Positions 37,501 to 51,289 of a stretch of DNA of 64,000 bases are shown here, piece after piece. The DNA is from Amphiscolops sp. MND2022. Lineage: Eukaryota. Both the position numbers and the translations under genes were made by a program. Each line of letters starts with the position of its first letter. The first letter of the stretch is position 1. The notes beneath the pieces were generated by a model. It was given only the letters and a program-made list of their open reading frames with translations, was not told the origin of the DNA and did no database searches. The stretch is taken from contig OZ076409.1 of NCBI GenBank assembly GCA_964187785.1, positions 79,238,001 through 79,302,000 of the forward strand, read 5' to 3'.

Positions 37501-38517
37501 GACCTTTTTGGCGCAGTATTTGCACATTGAATTGGGTGCTTTACAATGATTCAAGTGGTCCAGAATGAAATTTGCAGCATTGCATCTCCAGCATTCTCGA
37601 TTGTTTTGCTTGGCCCCGCGCACTGAACAAAATGGTTCTTCCTTTATTTTCGGCTCCTGGTTAATATACCCGTAAGTTCTTTGTCTTTTTAAACCATCTT
37701 CAAAAGCGATTACAAATTGAAAGGCATCCGCTGGATTATCTTTAGGTTCAGTACAGAGTTTTTCTTGTACATGCTTGTTTGCCATATTTAAAACAAAAAC
37801 ATCATAAACAAGCCCCTGTGTTTGATTTCCAAAATCTTACTTTGCCGCAAGTCCATTCATTATGTTCCAGAATTGATTTCCGAGTTTCATTCGGCTTTTG
37901 TTATTGAGAAAGGAATGTATGTCTATCTAAAGTTCGGTTTCGTCGTACTTGGAAACATTCTGTACAATTTCATGCAATGTCTTGTTGTTGGATTGTAAGA
38001 ATATTGATCTGTGAAACTTATCCATCAGCATTTTTGCCCGGTTTTTCCGATAGAAATGTAAAGAAGGCTAACTACTTTTCTTTTTGCATGCATTTCTTCT
38101 AGGTTTCCCATCAGTGCTGCTTGTCTGGGGTTCTGCTGATCCACATCACGAAGGAGTTCCGTAATAGAAATGGAGTGCCTTGTTAATACCGCGTCTTCAT
38201 AAAGTTGTCTCCACTGCTCCCAATCATAACTGGGTGGTTTGTTGGCATCTTGCCAGAAATACGTCACCCCTGGGAGTGGTGAGTTCGAGTTATCTTCATC
38301 TGCTAGCAGCGCCATGTTGTTGACCTGTGTGTCAACTGCGATTCGAGTAAGAAAGAAGAATACGTGTGCAAACTGTATTTTGAACGATATACTCAGTTAT
38401 GGCAATGGTGCTAATTTTGCCACTTCAGACGTATTTGGCAGGTTGTTAAGTAATACATACTTTCTCACAATTGTCGTTTTACAGCAATAGTGTGAACATG
38501 AATTTGCATCTACCACA
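34563..38517 (-). mobile_element. Decayed Ty3/Gypsy (Mag-like) retrotransposon C
   Basis: LTRs 34563-34763 and 38315-38517 (roughly 90% identical by eye), TSD GGCTC (34558-34562, 38518-38522), PBS TGGCGCTGCTAG, PPT AAAAAGGGGAG (34764-34774). Confidence 0.93.
35030..38315 (-). pseudogene. Fragmented gag-pol of element C
   Basis: Broken ORFs with CWRC..H..C / CKYC..H..C knuckles, MIDTG, LFIDD, ICDAS, VSDHKAL, TADYLSR. Integrase core apparently deleted. Confidence 0.9.
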
Positions 38518-40169
38518 GGCTCTTATGTTAACGCAAAATTGTCTTCACAATGAAATGTATTATGCAATTTCTAACTGCCAATCTTTATTAAAGAACGAAA
38601 CTTCATCGCAAACGATGTCAATATAATGGTATTCGAACCGTGTTTCTCATTCTACCTCTGCGGCTGCTAGGGTAGAATGAGAAATATGATCCAAAATTTA
38701 CCCTAAAATAGAGTTTTCCACATGACGTAATTCTCTAGGATGTGAACGCCTAGCACCGTAGACTAACCATATGTAAACATGCGAGAAATCAATGACAGCA
38801 TTTCATAATATTGTCAAAATTCTCAGTTTATTCATCTATTTAAGCTAATATTTTGGAAACAACGAATAAGGGTCAAACACTCAGGGTCGAAACCGTTTGA
38901 GCTGAATATTCGGTCCAATAAAATAATTAATGTCGTCATAATCTTTTTTAAATTGCTCATTATACTACATGTTGGTGAAATTTTCAGCTAAAATAGAGTC
39001 CTTCCTATGCAATTTTGGCTTCCTCCAGACATGTAATTTTGATATTTTGGAAAATATATATAGTGAAAAGTTTGTCATTTTTGCAGGAAGCGTCAAGACA
39101 GCTGTAGCGTCAACCCCCTTAAGTATATGTACCCACATCAATTTTTTTCATTCGTTCAAGATTTTTTTCATGTATAAAAGTGGAAAAGTGGTTTCCGTCT
39201 TAGGGGTTGAGAAAAAATATGTACCTGGCGAAGGCCATTTGAGTGAACAAGAAACATGGTGCTAGGTTTTTTGAACGCAACACCGTGCGTGTACAACTGT
39301 ACAACAATGACGTTCTAGATTTCTCAGCACGACTTCTTTACCTACTAGGTAGTTAAAAACGCACTATTAAAATTCCAGAAAGGCAATTTTTCTTCACGTT
39401 TATTGACTTTGAGGGTACTTGAACGTGGGTATTGGGACCATGCATGCTGTGTGTACTTCTAAAGGTCGTTCAACACTACCGCAGTTGACTTCTCCCCCAA
39501 GTGCTTTTGTTTTTTTGTCATTTTGAAGTGTTTTTAAAAAGCTGCGTCTGTTCAAAATTTTGTTTTGTCCTACTTTTACTCGAGAGTAACTCCTCTACAT
39601 GAACTGACGCGAGAAAAAAAGATGCTAATAAGGCACTGCCTAAAACCCGAACAAAGCACCTAAGTATATTTGAAACTTGGAAAATTTGCAACGCATATGC
39701 GTTACATAACATTTAAATATCACCCAAAATAATGTTTGAGTTTTTGTCAAAAAATTGTTGAAAATGAATTTCAGCAACATTTCCTAAAATGAATAATTTA
39801 AGTACCCGCGTTTTACAAAAAGCTCTTGCTTTTTTCCCAACACGCCTTTCCGATATTAGAAAGGCCAAAAATTACTTCTTGTTGATTTTGATATTTTTCC
39901 CTACAAAATATCACCAAGTTGTGGGTTGTTGATCAAAAAATTAACAATGTTCCACACATCGGCCATTTTTTATAAATCATGAACATTATCATTGGCCAAT
40001 AAAGAAAATCCATGAAAAATCAATGTAGCATGGATGATTATCAAATGAACAGCCATTTTGGGTGTAAATAGAGTAAAGTTTGCATGTATTTCACGAAATT
40101 TTTTCTGCTACGTTAGGAAATTTCAAAAGTTTTCATAAAACTGTTGTTTTTGAACTTTATATAAATCTA

Positions 40170-41095
40170 CACTGTCGCCAGCTGCGGCCTGCGATGGAAT
40201 CTTCTATGATCTGCGGGCTGATGATGCCAATTCGCCAGTGCCACCCGGAGTACTTTCTATTTGAAGAAACTGACCTATGGCCTGTAGTTTTGTTATTTCA
40301 CATATTTTTAATCTATATACGTGAAACTGTAGTTGTTAACATTCATGTAGCTACAAAAACTAGTGTTGTACTAACTGCGATTCATTACAAAATTAGTTCA
40401 GTTGAGTTAACTTTAACAAAAAGTGAAATAATCATCTTGCTCTCGAAATGTCATTTGTATTTATCATAAAAGTGACCTTCAGTTCACACTTGTTCAAGTT
40501 GATAATTAGATAGAAACTCATTATTAAACTGATCATTCTTTCTCAATGCCATCAACCCGAAAACAGAAAGCCAAAGAAAAACGGTCCCGCCAATCTGACT
40601 TAATGTCATGCTTAGAGGACATTGATGTGATGTCAGGAAATTAAGAAGAACATATGTATGACGGAGATTCATTATCTAGGAAATTTGATGCGGATTTAAG
40701 TCTGGTATTTACGTCTCATAAAGAAAGAAACTTGAATGTTGAAGGACTTAGTGCTATGGCCTATAGAAAGCCTATAGAAAGTGTAGAAAAAATTGGAAGG
40801 ACCCAAGACGTAAACAGTCAAATAACTAGAAAGTTAAGAGAGATGAAAACAAGCTTGAATTAATAGTTTTCACAAGCAATTGACTCTGTCATCCATGTGA
40901 AAAAAATTCCACGACTTCAGCAGAGCATGGAAGTTTTAAAATGCAGAGATGGACCTTAGGTCCAAGGGAATTGACAGGAACATCGAAGTGGATTTTAGCA
41001 GCAAATCAGGTCAAAACCCATGTAAAACTCATTTTATCAACACAACTCTGGTACTTGTCAAAAGGAAAGTTCAATTGATTCTCAAAATACAATAG
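40170..41095 (+). mobile_element. Degenerate solo LTR of a B-related family
   Basis: Decayed gag start MPSTRKQKAKEKRSRQSDLMS at ~40546, homologous to the LTR-internal gag start of B. Boundaries approximate, no TSD found. Confidence 0.6.
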
Positions 41096-41519
41096 TGTAG
41101 AAAATAAACTGAACCTTTATTTGTAAAAAAAGAATTGGAACTAAACAAAACTAGCTCTGATTTCTGCTATCATCATTTTGGACAATTTTGTAACATTTGG
41201 CACCTAATTTGGAACTTTTGTTTATTCAGCAGGTCATTTACTGAAGCCATTCAACTATTTTACATCAAGATAATTGGTATTATAGTTTTTGAAGAGGTTC
41301 TCTATTATTTCATTTTATTTACTATCTTAATACGTGGGACACAGCTATTTTTGGCAAAGATTGGGGATTATGTTTTCGGTTTTTGATTTTTAACCGATAA
41401 AATTAATATCAAGAAAATCTGCTAACTAAGACGATTATGACCATTATCCCAGACATTCAATTTTTCCTTCCAATCCCTTAAATTTATGGGTAAAATAGAG
41501 AATGAACGAAATCCCCATG

Positions 41520-43745
41520 TAAAATGCTAGCTCTGCAACATACCCTAAACACGAAGTACCGCTTCTGCTCACCTCTGCCCGAACTTCACATTTTCACCGA
41601 CGCGTCCATCTCCGCATTATCCGCCGTTATCTACGCCGGTCAACCACCATCTGAAACCGCTCCCGCTCGTCTCGTTTGCGTTCTTGCCAAAACCGGTGCT
41701 CCCATCAAACAGAGAAGAGTTCCAATATTGGAACTCGAAGCCGCCGTTTACTCCGCACCGTTCTAAACGCTTTCAAATGTATATTTCACCAAGTTTCCTT
41801 GGACCGATAGTTGCGTGGTCCTGGATTGGTGAGCGAAATCGCAAAACACAAAAAAACATTAAGCAATGAAACTACCAGCCAGCCGAATTGAAACCCGCCG
41901 ATCACGGATTTCGCGGTTTGAAACCCTGAGAGAATTCGTCCAAGTGGACAAATACCAGATTTCCATTTCAAGCCTGTAAAAGCTTGGCCCTCAAGATTTC
42001 CCGCCACCCCGGAGAGGTCAATCTGACCGCAACCGATGTTATGTCGCAAACCAGCATCGTTCATACTTCAAGACTTTCTCTTGGAATCGTTTTCTGTTAA
42101 AAAACCGCAATCGTCCGCTTCTTCATCCCCCGTCTCCGTGATCTGTCGTCTCCGCCAAACTTAACAGCTACTGATTTCAATTTGCAACAGAAACACGTCT
42201 CCGTCAATCGCAAACAGCATCGTTTCCAGTCGTTCTTTTTCGAAAAGATGCTTTGTTGTCCAATAAGAAACTCCTATCGTTGAACCCTTTCATTGACGAA
42301 CGCCAACATCTACGCATTTCCGGACATCTACGCACCGTTACCCACAGCTACCCGTAGTTTTGGATGCCCACAACGCAAAGACCCACCTCTTAATGCCACA
42401 CTTCAACGAAATCTGCCACCACACAAGTCACGAATACTTCAAGTCAATTCTGTAACAACATTATTTCAAAATTGGCGTCCGGGCCGCTCTGCGCACCATT
42501 AGTTGTTGTTGCTTCCAATGCCGCCGCTTTCGCGCACAATAAGTGGAGCCATTGAATGCGCCTTTACCTCGATGTCGATTTCCGTCTACCGACATCCCAT
42601 ATCCGTTGGCCGACTCGGGCATCGATGCGTTTGGACCTTTCTTCATTGTCTACGGAAAGCTAACTGAAAAACCCTTCGGCCTGATCTTCACCTGCCTCGT
42701 CATCCGTGCATGTCATTTGGAACCTTGTCCCGACGTGACCACGGACTCCTTCATCAACGCCATCCGACGCTTCATTGCCTGAAGAGGACTGTCGCGGTAC
42801 ATCCGTTCCGACAATGAAAACAATTTCGTTACTACCCGTCGTGAACTTCAGGAAGCCTTGAACGCAGGTATCTGCACAGCCCTGCAAATTCCTCCCCTAG
42901 CACATGAGATGGAATGGCACCTCAACCCACCGTTTGCGCCCTACCTTGGTGGGACGTGGAAACGCCTTACCCAAACAGCAAGAAGACTTTACTCCTGATC
43001 TTGGGCTCCCAAAAACTGACTCTGGAACTGTTGCACACAATACCAGTGGAAACCGAACTGTTGCTCTGCTCAGTTCCCGACTACCCTGACAACGAAGAAC
43101 CTCTAACTCCCAATCACTCTCATCTCCACTGACCCTATCCAAACCTGCCACCTGGAAATGATCTCGATTCCAACTATCAGCTTACGCAGTAGTCTGAGAA
43201 AAAACTCAAAAACTTGTCAATCATATTTGGAAAAGACTGCTAACTGAGTACATTCCAACTCTGCACCAACGTTCCAAGTGGAACGAAAGACTACCACCAA
43301 TCACTGTTGGAGAACTTGTGTGTGTGCTACTAGACTTCACGTGGGATTTGGCCTATTGGGCGAGTGGAAGCTATTTTCCCTTGGCGAGATGGACAGTCCT
43401 GAGTAAGTTCTGTTGAGACAGCTTACCGAACTTTCGTGCGCCCCTTCGTCTTCTTTTTCCACGTTTTCGCCCCGTAACAGTTCGTTCACCAGGACTCATT
43501 TTCGAAAACAAATTATCGGTCAGACTTCTTCTCTCTCTTCTCCCTGCAGTTTGGGGGACTGAAGCATGTCAATGATGATTCACAACAGTGACTCAATATG
43601 AACTCTGAACTACTTTCAACTTTACTACCTGACATTTTAGTTTTGTTTTCATTCTTTTGTTCGAACTGTTGATCACACTGGTGATTCAATAAATGAAAGA
43701 TTAGACGTTTCTTATAGCGTATCTACGGCATATAGGACAATACAC
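41520..43745 (+). mobile_element. BEL/Pao retrotransposon 3' remnant (RNase H, integrase, 3' LTR)
   Basis: LHIFTDAS..AVIY..LAKT..APIK..PILELEAA (Pao RNase H); GIDAFGPF..IFTCLVIRACHLE..SFINAIRRFIA..SDN; LTPNH. PPT GGGGGA then TGTCAATG at 43567 with AATAAA ~43688. Many frameshifts. Confidence 0.9.
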
Positions 43746-43947
43746 AGGAGTTTTTCGGCGCAAAAAAAGTTTTCTCCAATTTTTTAGTCGACCTAGTACC
43801 AAAAAGCATCAACAGGAAACGTAAATTTAGTTGGAGCTTTTGGTTAAGACTAAAATCGCCAGACTATTAGTTACTTCTTTCTTTAAGTCAGACATTTATG
43901 CGACGAAAGGGTCAGGGCGGCCACCGATAATAAAAGTTCGTCTCTGT

Positions 43948-44028
43948 ATGCCATTGGACCGACTGGTTAGAGCGTTGGCTTCCGAAGCAAGAAAACGGGA
44001 TTCGAATCTCACTAGGGCCCAATTTTTT
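43948..44028 (+). pseudogene. tRNA-derived sequence (tRNA-Arg(CCG)-like pseudogene or SINE head)
   Basis: A-box-like TGGACCGACTGGTTAGAGCG, loop TTCCGAA, B-box GGATTCGAATCTC, T-run. Acceptor stem does not pair. Confidence 0.55.
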
Positions 44029-44223
44029 GTGCCGACTTTCAGTTGTTCTTGGCTTGTTTGACGTGGGAACTTGTTATTCCAATCCTTTGAATGAAGTTAG
44101 GCATTTAAACAATTATATTGTTGTAGCTCCAGAAACAGCAATGCAGTTCATAAAAGAAGTAAAATATGTTTCTTTATTCTTGTCATTGAAAATCCACAGG
44201 TGTCACAGCTGATGAAGTTTTTC

Positions 44224-44662
44224 TGTATTGTATTGTATTGTATTGTATTGTATTGTATTGTATTGTATTGTATTGTATTGTATTGTATTGTAATGTTCTG
44301 TATTGTATTGTATTGTATTGTATTGTATTGTATTGTATTGTATTGTATTGTATTGTATTGTATTGTATTGTATTGTATTGTTTTGTATTGTATTGTATTG
44401 TATTGTATTGTATTGTATTGTATTGTATTGTATTGTATTGTATTGTATTGTATTGTATTGTATTGTATTGTATTGTATTGTATTGTATTGTATTGTATTG
44501 TATTGTATTGTATTGTATTGTATTGTATTGTATTGTATTGTATTGTATTGTATTGTATTGTATTGTATTGAATTGTATTGTATTGTATTGTATTGTATTG
44601 CCTTGCATTTTATTGTATTGTATTGTATTGTATTGTATTGTATTGTATTGTATTGTATTGTG
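44224..44662. repeat. (TATTG)n pentanucleotide microsatellite, ~440 bp
   Basis: Directly visible; few interruptions. Confidence 0.99.
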
Positions 44663-45455
44663 TTGTTTTGCATTGGTTTTGAAAATGCTTTAACTGTTTT
44701 CGAAGTCAGTTTGAAAATCTCGGAATTTTCTCTTTCACTGATGGCTGAAACGAAATCTTCACCGGTCAGTCTTCGATGACTTAGTGTTCAAGTTTTTAGC
44801 CGTACATACAGGTGTTCGTAAAGTTAAAACTCACTTCAAATAATTCTAAACACGAGGAAAATAACGTCTTCATTTCAGAATTCCTCCACACGCTTGAAAC
44901 TACAACTTGTATCTTGTATTAAATTCTCTTTAGCACTGGACATCTTTCTCCCAAAAATGCCCTCTCATTTTAACAAACTCGAATTTTTGAGCTGAATTTG
45001 TTCTTACCCTATTTGAGAATGCCGTAAAGTTTTGTAAGCACATGAATAAAATGCAGGCTAAGTTTTGATAAAACATAGAAAAATCAGGGACTTTGCATGG
45101 AAAATTTTGTAAAACTTTCCTGCATCTTGGAAAATCTTGAAAAACTTCCCTGCATTTTGTAGAAACTTGGAAAAATGTCCACTAAGCCTTGTTGTCACAG
45201 GCTACCACCTGCGACGGTATATTCTATCAAATTCCAGCAGGAGACAACGCACCTAACCCGCACCTGGTGTACTGCCTATTTGAAGCATTAAGACCTTGGA
45301 AACAGCTGGATAAAGACGATACAATCTACTAAGGAGCTACTACGAAGTTCGGCCATAGGAGACCTTAAGTCGACTTGCCTACAATAAACTTTGACGCTTA
45401 GTTAATTAGTTACATGTATATAGATTATTTTTGATACGATTGCTATTAGTGTTTG

Positions 45456-48400
45456 TGTCGTAACTCTGTAGAGTATTATCCGTGATCTCGACAAGAGTTA
45501 CAATGAATAAAATGCGTTTTAAGCAGACTTCGCGGCCTATTCGGCTTCGTGATTCCTGTGTAGCCCCACGGACTGAAGGTCCACTTTTGTGCTAAATCCC
45601 GCTTTGAGCGCTCCCAGGCTAACGTGTGTTTGCGGAATGATTTTCTGATCACATGCAGGATATATTTCCCTCATATTCTGAGTATATGATGTTTTCCAGC
45701 GTTCTTTTACTAATTTTACAATATAAGAGTTCATCATTGTTTAAAATTCCTTTATTTGAATTTAAGCTTTCTTGGCGCCCACCGGACAGTAGGTCCACTT
45801 GCGAACCATTTGCTAGAGTTTTGAGAGTTTGTTCATTCAACAACTTCATCGTCATTCGAGTTTCTACGTTGTTGAGGCTCATTGGACTGCAAGTCCATTT
45901 CTACATTTTTTTCAACCAAGTTGTTTTCAAACTCATTCGTTCCGTAGTTTCTTAAGATGAGGTTCGTATTTTCTCAATCTGACATAAGGTCACTTGTCCC
46001 TAATATTCTGTTCTATAGTCGAAGGCATTATAAAAAGAAATTGTTTTCAACAGTGTATTTGGTCTTCAACAAAACAAAATAAATAAAGATTCACAAATTA
46101 TCAAATGAAGAGTGAAAACAGTGGTTGTAACAATACAACGAACGGTTGATACAAAGGTATTTTCCTGTAGTCCCGTGGACTCAGCGTCCGTCTATATATA
46201 TACTCTACAGTGCATGACACTCAATTTCCTGATAGTCATCGTGATAAAAATAGCATTAAAACGGCATCATTGTTACGTCATGTCTAAATAGAGTTAAAAA
46301 TAGCATCAGTATGAACATCAAAAGAAAGAGCTAGAAACGACAGCAAGGGAGAAAGGCTTGTTACTTTAGACTAACAGTTCGGAATTGTTTACTCTACTTG
46401 AAGTGAATGAGACATCAAAAAGCGAACTAAAACAGCATAGTGGACCGACGGTCTGTTTGACTACAGCAGTAAGACTAGCAGCGCTGTGATTGGTCGGTAA
46501 TTGATAATAAATAATTCAAATATAGCATCTACATCTTGAAAGCCAGATATTTATAACCAATGTTTGCTGTCGCCACGAAAAAAGACAACCAAAAGCATAA
46601 AAGAAGTATCTACAACGTAAAACTTCGATGTATGTAATCAAAGTTTGCTGTCGCCGCGTGGACCTAAGGTCCAATTAGACAGGTAAATATTGCGGGGGGC
46701 AGCCTGCGACAGTCCCCTTGGTTCAAATTGAAACCGTCCACTCTGCAACCAAGTCTTGGTCATTATTAAATCTCCAATCGCACACGACGAGATGAGTGTT
46801 TAACATCAATATCTCAGCATCTTGAAGTGTGTAATTAGGACTGCAGGTGCGCTTGACATTATCGATCCTCAGGAATAACTAGGTAAAATGGTGAACTATG
46901 ATTTCTTGGAAAAAAATATTTGTCGAAAGATGCCAATCTCACATGAGAACAAACTGTGTATTTAGTTGGCCGGACTTTGGGACGCAATATCTACGTAATG
47001 TCAAAATAATTCTAATTACAGTTTTCTACTTAGTAACAATCATGTAAAGCCTTTGTGGTTCACTTAGATGCTGGTGAAAAAACTGATCCTTGCGAATCAC
47101 TTGAGGTGTTTCAATAACAACTTGAAGTTTGTTGAATTGCAGTGAAAGTGTTTACCAACACAAAATCTCAATCATGATTTTTCACGAAAGACCGTCAGTC
47201 CGCATGGCTACACAAGAGGAATTGGCCAATCACGTTCCGTTGATAGATGAATGAATAAATCTTGTAAACGAAGGAAGGAATATGGCTAAATTCGATGATA
47301 TATGATAGTAGAATGCTGATAAATTGTAAGAAAATGAAATGGAAGAAAGATTCTGTGCATATCGCTGGCAGGCTCCATGACACAAGAGAAGAATTATAAT
47401 TAGGTTGAAGAGAAGTAGATTGTATTAGCAGGTAGGTGAGTCTAGTCAACAGTCCCGGTAGTCCATTTGAAAGTAATGCTACTCAGTAGTATATGTTATT
47501 TTTGAATTTTACCCCACTTTTCAATTGTTTGTATGTAACCTTCACATTTCTTGATTCATTCCCAAGCGCCTAAACTAAATTGGGACCTTACGTCCATTGG
47601 GCGTCAGCCTTTAACAGAGATTGCTCAACTTTCTCAATTCAACTTGTTCACGTGATCTTTCGTCAAGCGATGAGTCCTCTTCTACACTATGAGCTGCTCC
47701 ATTTAAACAGGCAAATAACCATTTTTTCCCTTTTTGATTTATACCATCATATCCCAGTGTCAGGCTTTGTCCAATTTAAGACGTACTTTCATCTGGGCGA
47801 AAACAGCTGGTAATACTTTTTTTCACTCGCCTGGCTTTGCACCCAATGCGACCTCCAGTCTAACAGACGTCAGTTTGATTTTTTCCTAGAGCAATTACAG
47901 GTATTACTTGTTCCACCACCAGATAGTACTTTGAAAGACTGTTTGAACCAGTTTTCTTCGTCTGTTTGAACCAAGTTTTTGAATTCCGCTCTTCCGTCTT
48001 GGAAATAACGTCAGGTTGGTTCTTTAAGGTGTCAATTTCGAGCTTGATCAGGGCTTCCCATTGACTAATTTACTTCCTCCATCGTAAAATGTTTCACCTA
48101 AGTGTGAACATTGTGTTAGAACTTGCTTTCGAAAGTCTTTAAACTGCGGTATCATGGAATGTTTTTCAGGAATAGACCCGCGTGATTTTGTTTCTATCCT
48201 TTCAGGAAAAGAAATAAACGGCCAACCAACTTCTGAGATGAAAGAACAAATTGATATTTGCGTTCTGGTAACAGTCGCTTCTGTGAGCATTTCCGATACT
48301 GAGCTGAACTATTGTTATGTGGACGTTACGTCCGTTGAGCCTCAGCCCTTGTTTGGTACTTCTTTGACCACTGGTTGTAGTGGACCCGCAGAGGGTGGTG

Positions 48401-51074
48401 GGAGTGGTCTAACTTAGAATATATATTTTTTGATTGACATCAACTTGCATGATTGTGAAAACAAGTTTCAGTTGTATCTATTTGGTTGAAGCCACTGAAA
48501 TTCTAAGTACTATCAAATTGAAGGAAGGATCAAGGTAATTTTGTCTGATGCGGAAGTATTGAGAGTTGCAAATGAGTTGCTGATACTTCGGGCACGACAG
48601 TATCTCTCCCTCCTGACGATTTTTGAATAACTAGGCGAAAGTCCGAGGGGAAGTCCGAGGGTGTGTCTTCGCTAGGATCTGAATCGAAAATTTCCTCTAA
48701 CCCAGTGGACAGAAGGTCCGTCGGTATAAATTTGATCCTACTGTCTATCGTCATAGGAACTAGGTCTTGTGTATCGTGGCGTGTTAATGATGTAATGACA
48801 AACATGACTGCCTCTGTTGCAATCGCAGTGACTCCTGGTCCAGTTTTGTGGATTGCATTTTCTGATTTGTCCTGGAGCAGTGAACAAGAGGTATCACATC
48901 AAGACCGTTTTCACCGATGCGTAGATGCTATGGTAAGGTCGATGAAATTTACATACTGCTCTCGTATTAATGACGCAAATGCCAGAATAAATGAAACTTG
49001 TGAACATGAAGAAACACTCTCGCTACTTAGACGTAAGGTCAACAAAACTCATTTGATAAATGTGATGGTGATATGAAGAAAACTGTTTGTGCATGAACGT
49101 AAAATGGACGTAAGACAAATTAGGTCAGGAAAAGGAGAAAAGGCTCGAAACGGGCGTCATTTCAGAGTGAAAGGCAACGTTTTCAATTGTAAATGTTTCA
49201 ATGTTCAATTTAGTCACTGAGCCCGGAACGCAAATCTTGCAGCACTAAGTGGATTTATCATGTGTTTGTGACATAAGTGCAGAATTCCTTTACTAATAAA
49301 ATTCAGCTCCCGTAACACACTATTTTGCACGCAATATAACATCACTGAACCGCTAAAAGATGGGCTCAACTTTCGCTGGTGAGTTTGAATCGAATTATTT
49401 TACTGTAGCCCGCTGGACGTATGGTCCAAAGATTTACTCCGCGCCTGTTATATTTGCAGCTGCCGTCGAAGCCACATAAGGTTCAACTAATTTAACAAAC
49501 TTGAGGATTGACGCAATTAAGCGCAAACACAATGTTGACGAATGCGTCCAATATTTCGAATCTAGACTTTTCAGCATTGATAGCAAACGGTATATTACTA
49601 CATTCTTGATTGTTTGCTTGACGTTGCGGTCAAAGTTTAGACGAAGTTGATTAATGAAATAATAGTTCTTGAAATTCAACCAAATTAGGTTTGGGAAACT
49701 GCTGGTTAAGATAAATTCGAAATTTTCAAATTTTCGCTGGGGCCATAGGGGATTGTGTGGGCCGTTCGGTCAGGAACTCAGGAACCATATGAGGGTAAGT
49801 TGGGCTCCTGTCACCATGTCGTAACTCTGTAGAGTATTATCCGTGATCTCGACAAGAGTTACAAAGAATAAAATGCGTTTTAAGCAGACTTCGCGGCCTA
49901 TTCGGCTTCGGGATTCCTGTGTAGCCCCACGGACTGAAGGTCCACTTTTGTGCTAAATCCCGCTTTGAGCGCTCCCAGGCTAACGTGTGTTTGCGGAATG
50001 ATTTTCTGATCACATGCAGGATACATTTCCCTCATATTCTGAGTCTATGAAGTTTTCCAGCGTTCTTTCACTAATTTATACATTATAAGAGTTCATCATT
50101 GTTTAAAATTCCTTTATTTGAATTTAAGTTTTCTTGGCGCCCACCGGACAGTAGGTCCACATGCGAACCATTTGCTAGAGTTTTGAGAGTTTGTTCATTC
50201 AACAACTTCATCGTCATTCGAGTTTCTACGTTGTTGAGGCTCATTGGACTGCAAGTCCATTTCTACATTTTTTCAACCAAATTGTTTTCAAACTCATTTG
50301 TTCCGTAGTTTCTTAAGATGACATTCGTATTTTCTCAATCTGACATAAGGTCACTTGTCCCTAAATTTCTGTTCTATAGTTGAAGGCATTATAAAAAAAT
50401 TGTCTTCAACAGTGTATTTGGTCTTCAACAAAACAAAATAAATAAAGATTCACAAATTATCGAATGAAGAGTGAGAACAGTGGTTGTAACAATACAACGA
50501 ACGGTTGATACAAAAGTATTTTCCTGTAGTCCCGTGGACTCAGCGTCCGTCTATATATATACTCTACAGTGCATGACACTCAATTTCCTGATAGTCATCG
50601 TGATAAAAATAGCATTAAAACGGCATCATTGTTACGTCATGTCTAAATAGAGTTAAAAATAGCATCAGTATGAACATCAAAAGAAAGAGCTAGAAACGAC
50701 AGCAAGGGAGAAAGGCTTGTTACTTTAGACTAACAGTTCGGAATTGTTTACTCTACTTGAAGTGAATGAGACATCAAAAAGCGAACTAAAACAGCATAGT
50801 GGACCGACGGTCTGTTTGACTACAGCAGTAAGACTAGCAGCGCTGTGATTGGTCGGTAATTGATAATAAATAATTCAAATATAGCATCTACATCTTGAAA
50901 GCCAGGTATTTATAACCAATGTTTGCTGTCGCCACGTGGACCGAAGGTCCAACCAAAAGCATAAAAGAAGTATCTACAACGTAAAACTTCGATGTATGTA
51001 ATCAAAGTTTGCTGTCGCCGCGTGGACCGAAGGTCCAATTAGACAGGTAAATATCGCGGGTGCAGCCTGTGACA
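45456..51074 (-). mobile_element. Non-autonomous LTR retrotransposon D (B-related family)
   Basis: LTRs 45456-46711 and 49817-51074 (~1.26 kb, roughly 97% identical by eye), TSD GTTTG (45451-45455, 51075-51079), PBS TGGTGACAGGAGC (49816 down), PPT-like CAAGGGGA. Internal 3.1 kb has no intact ORF. Confidence 0.93.
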
Positions 51075-51289
51075 GTTTGTAATAACTGTTTGCAATTAGA
51101 AGGTTACTGTGATAATGTAAAGGTAATCAATGTGATGCAATTGGGAAGTGTTATTGCATTTTCACGTTGTTTGAATTGAACCGTACAAATAAGCACAATA
51201 CAGGAACGAGTTCTAATGATCGTTTCCTGTAGCTAGCTGTACACGCAGTCCAATAGTATAACGCCCAATCACAGCGCAGTATTGATATA

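Noticed and set aside
44183..44779. ORFs of YNTIQ / CIVLY repeats
   Set aside because: Translations of the (TATTG)n microsatellite.
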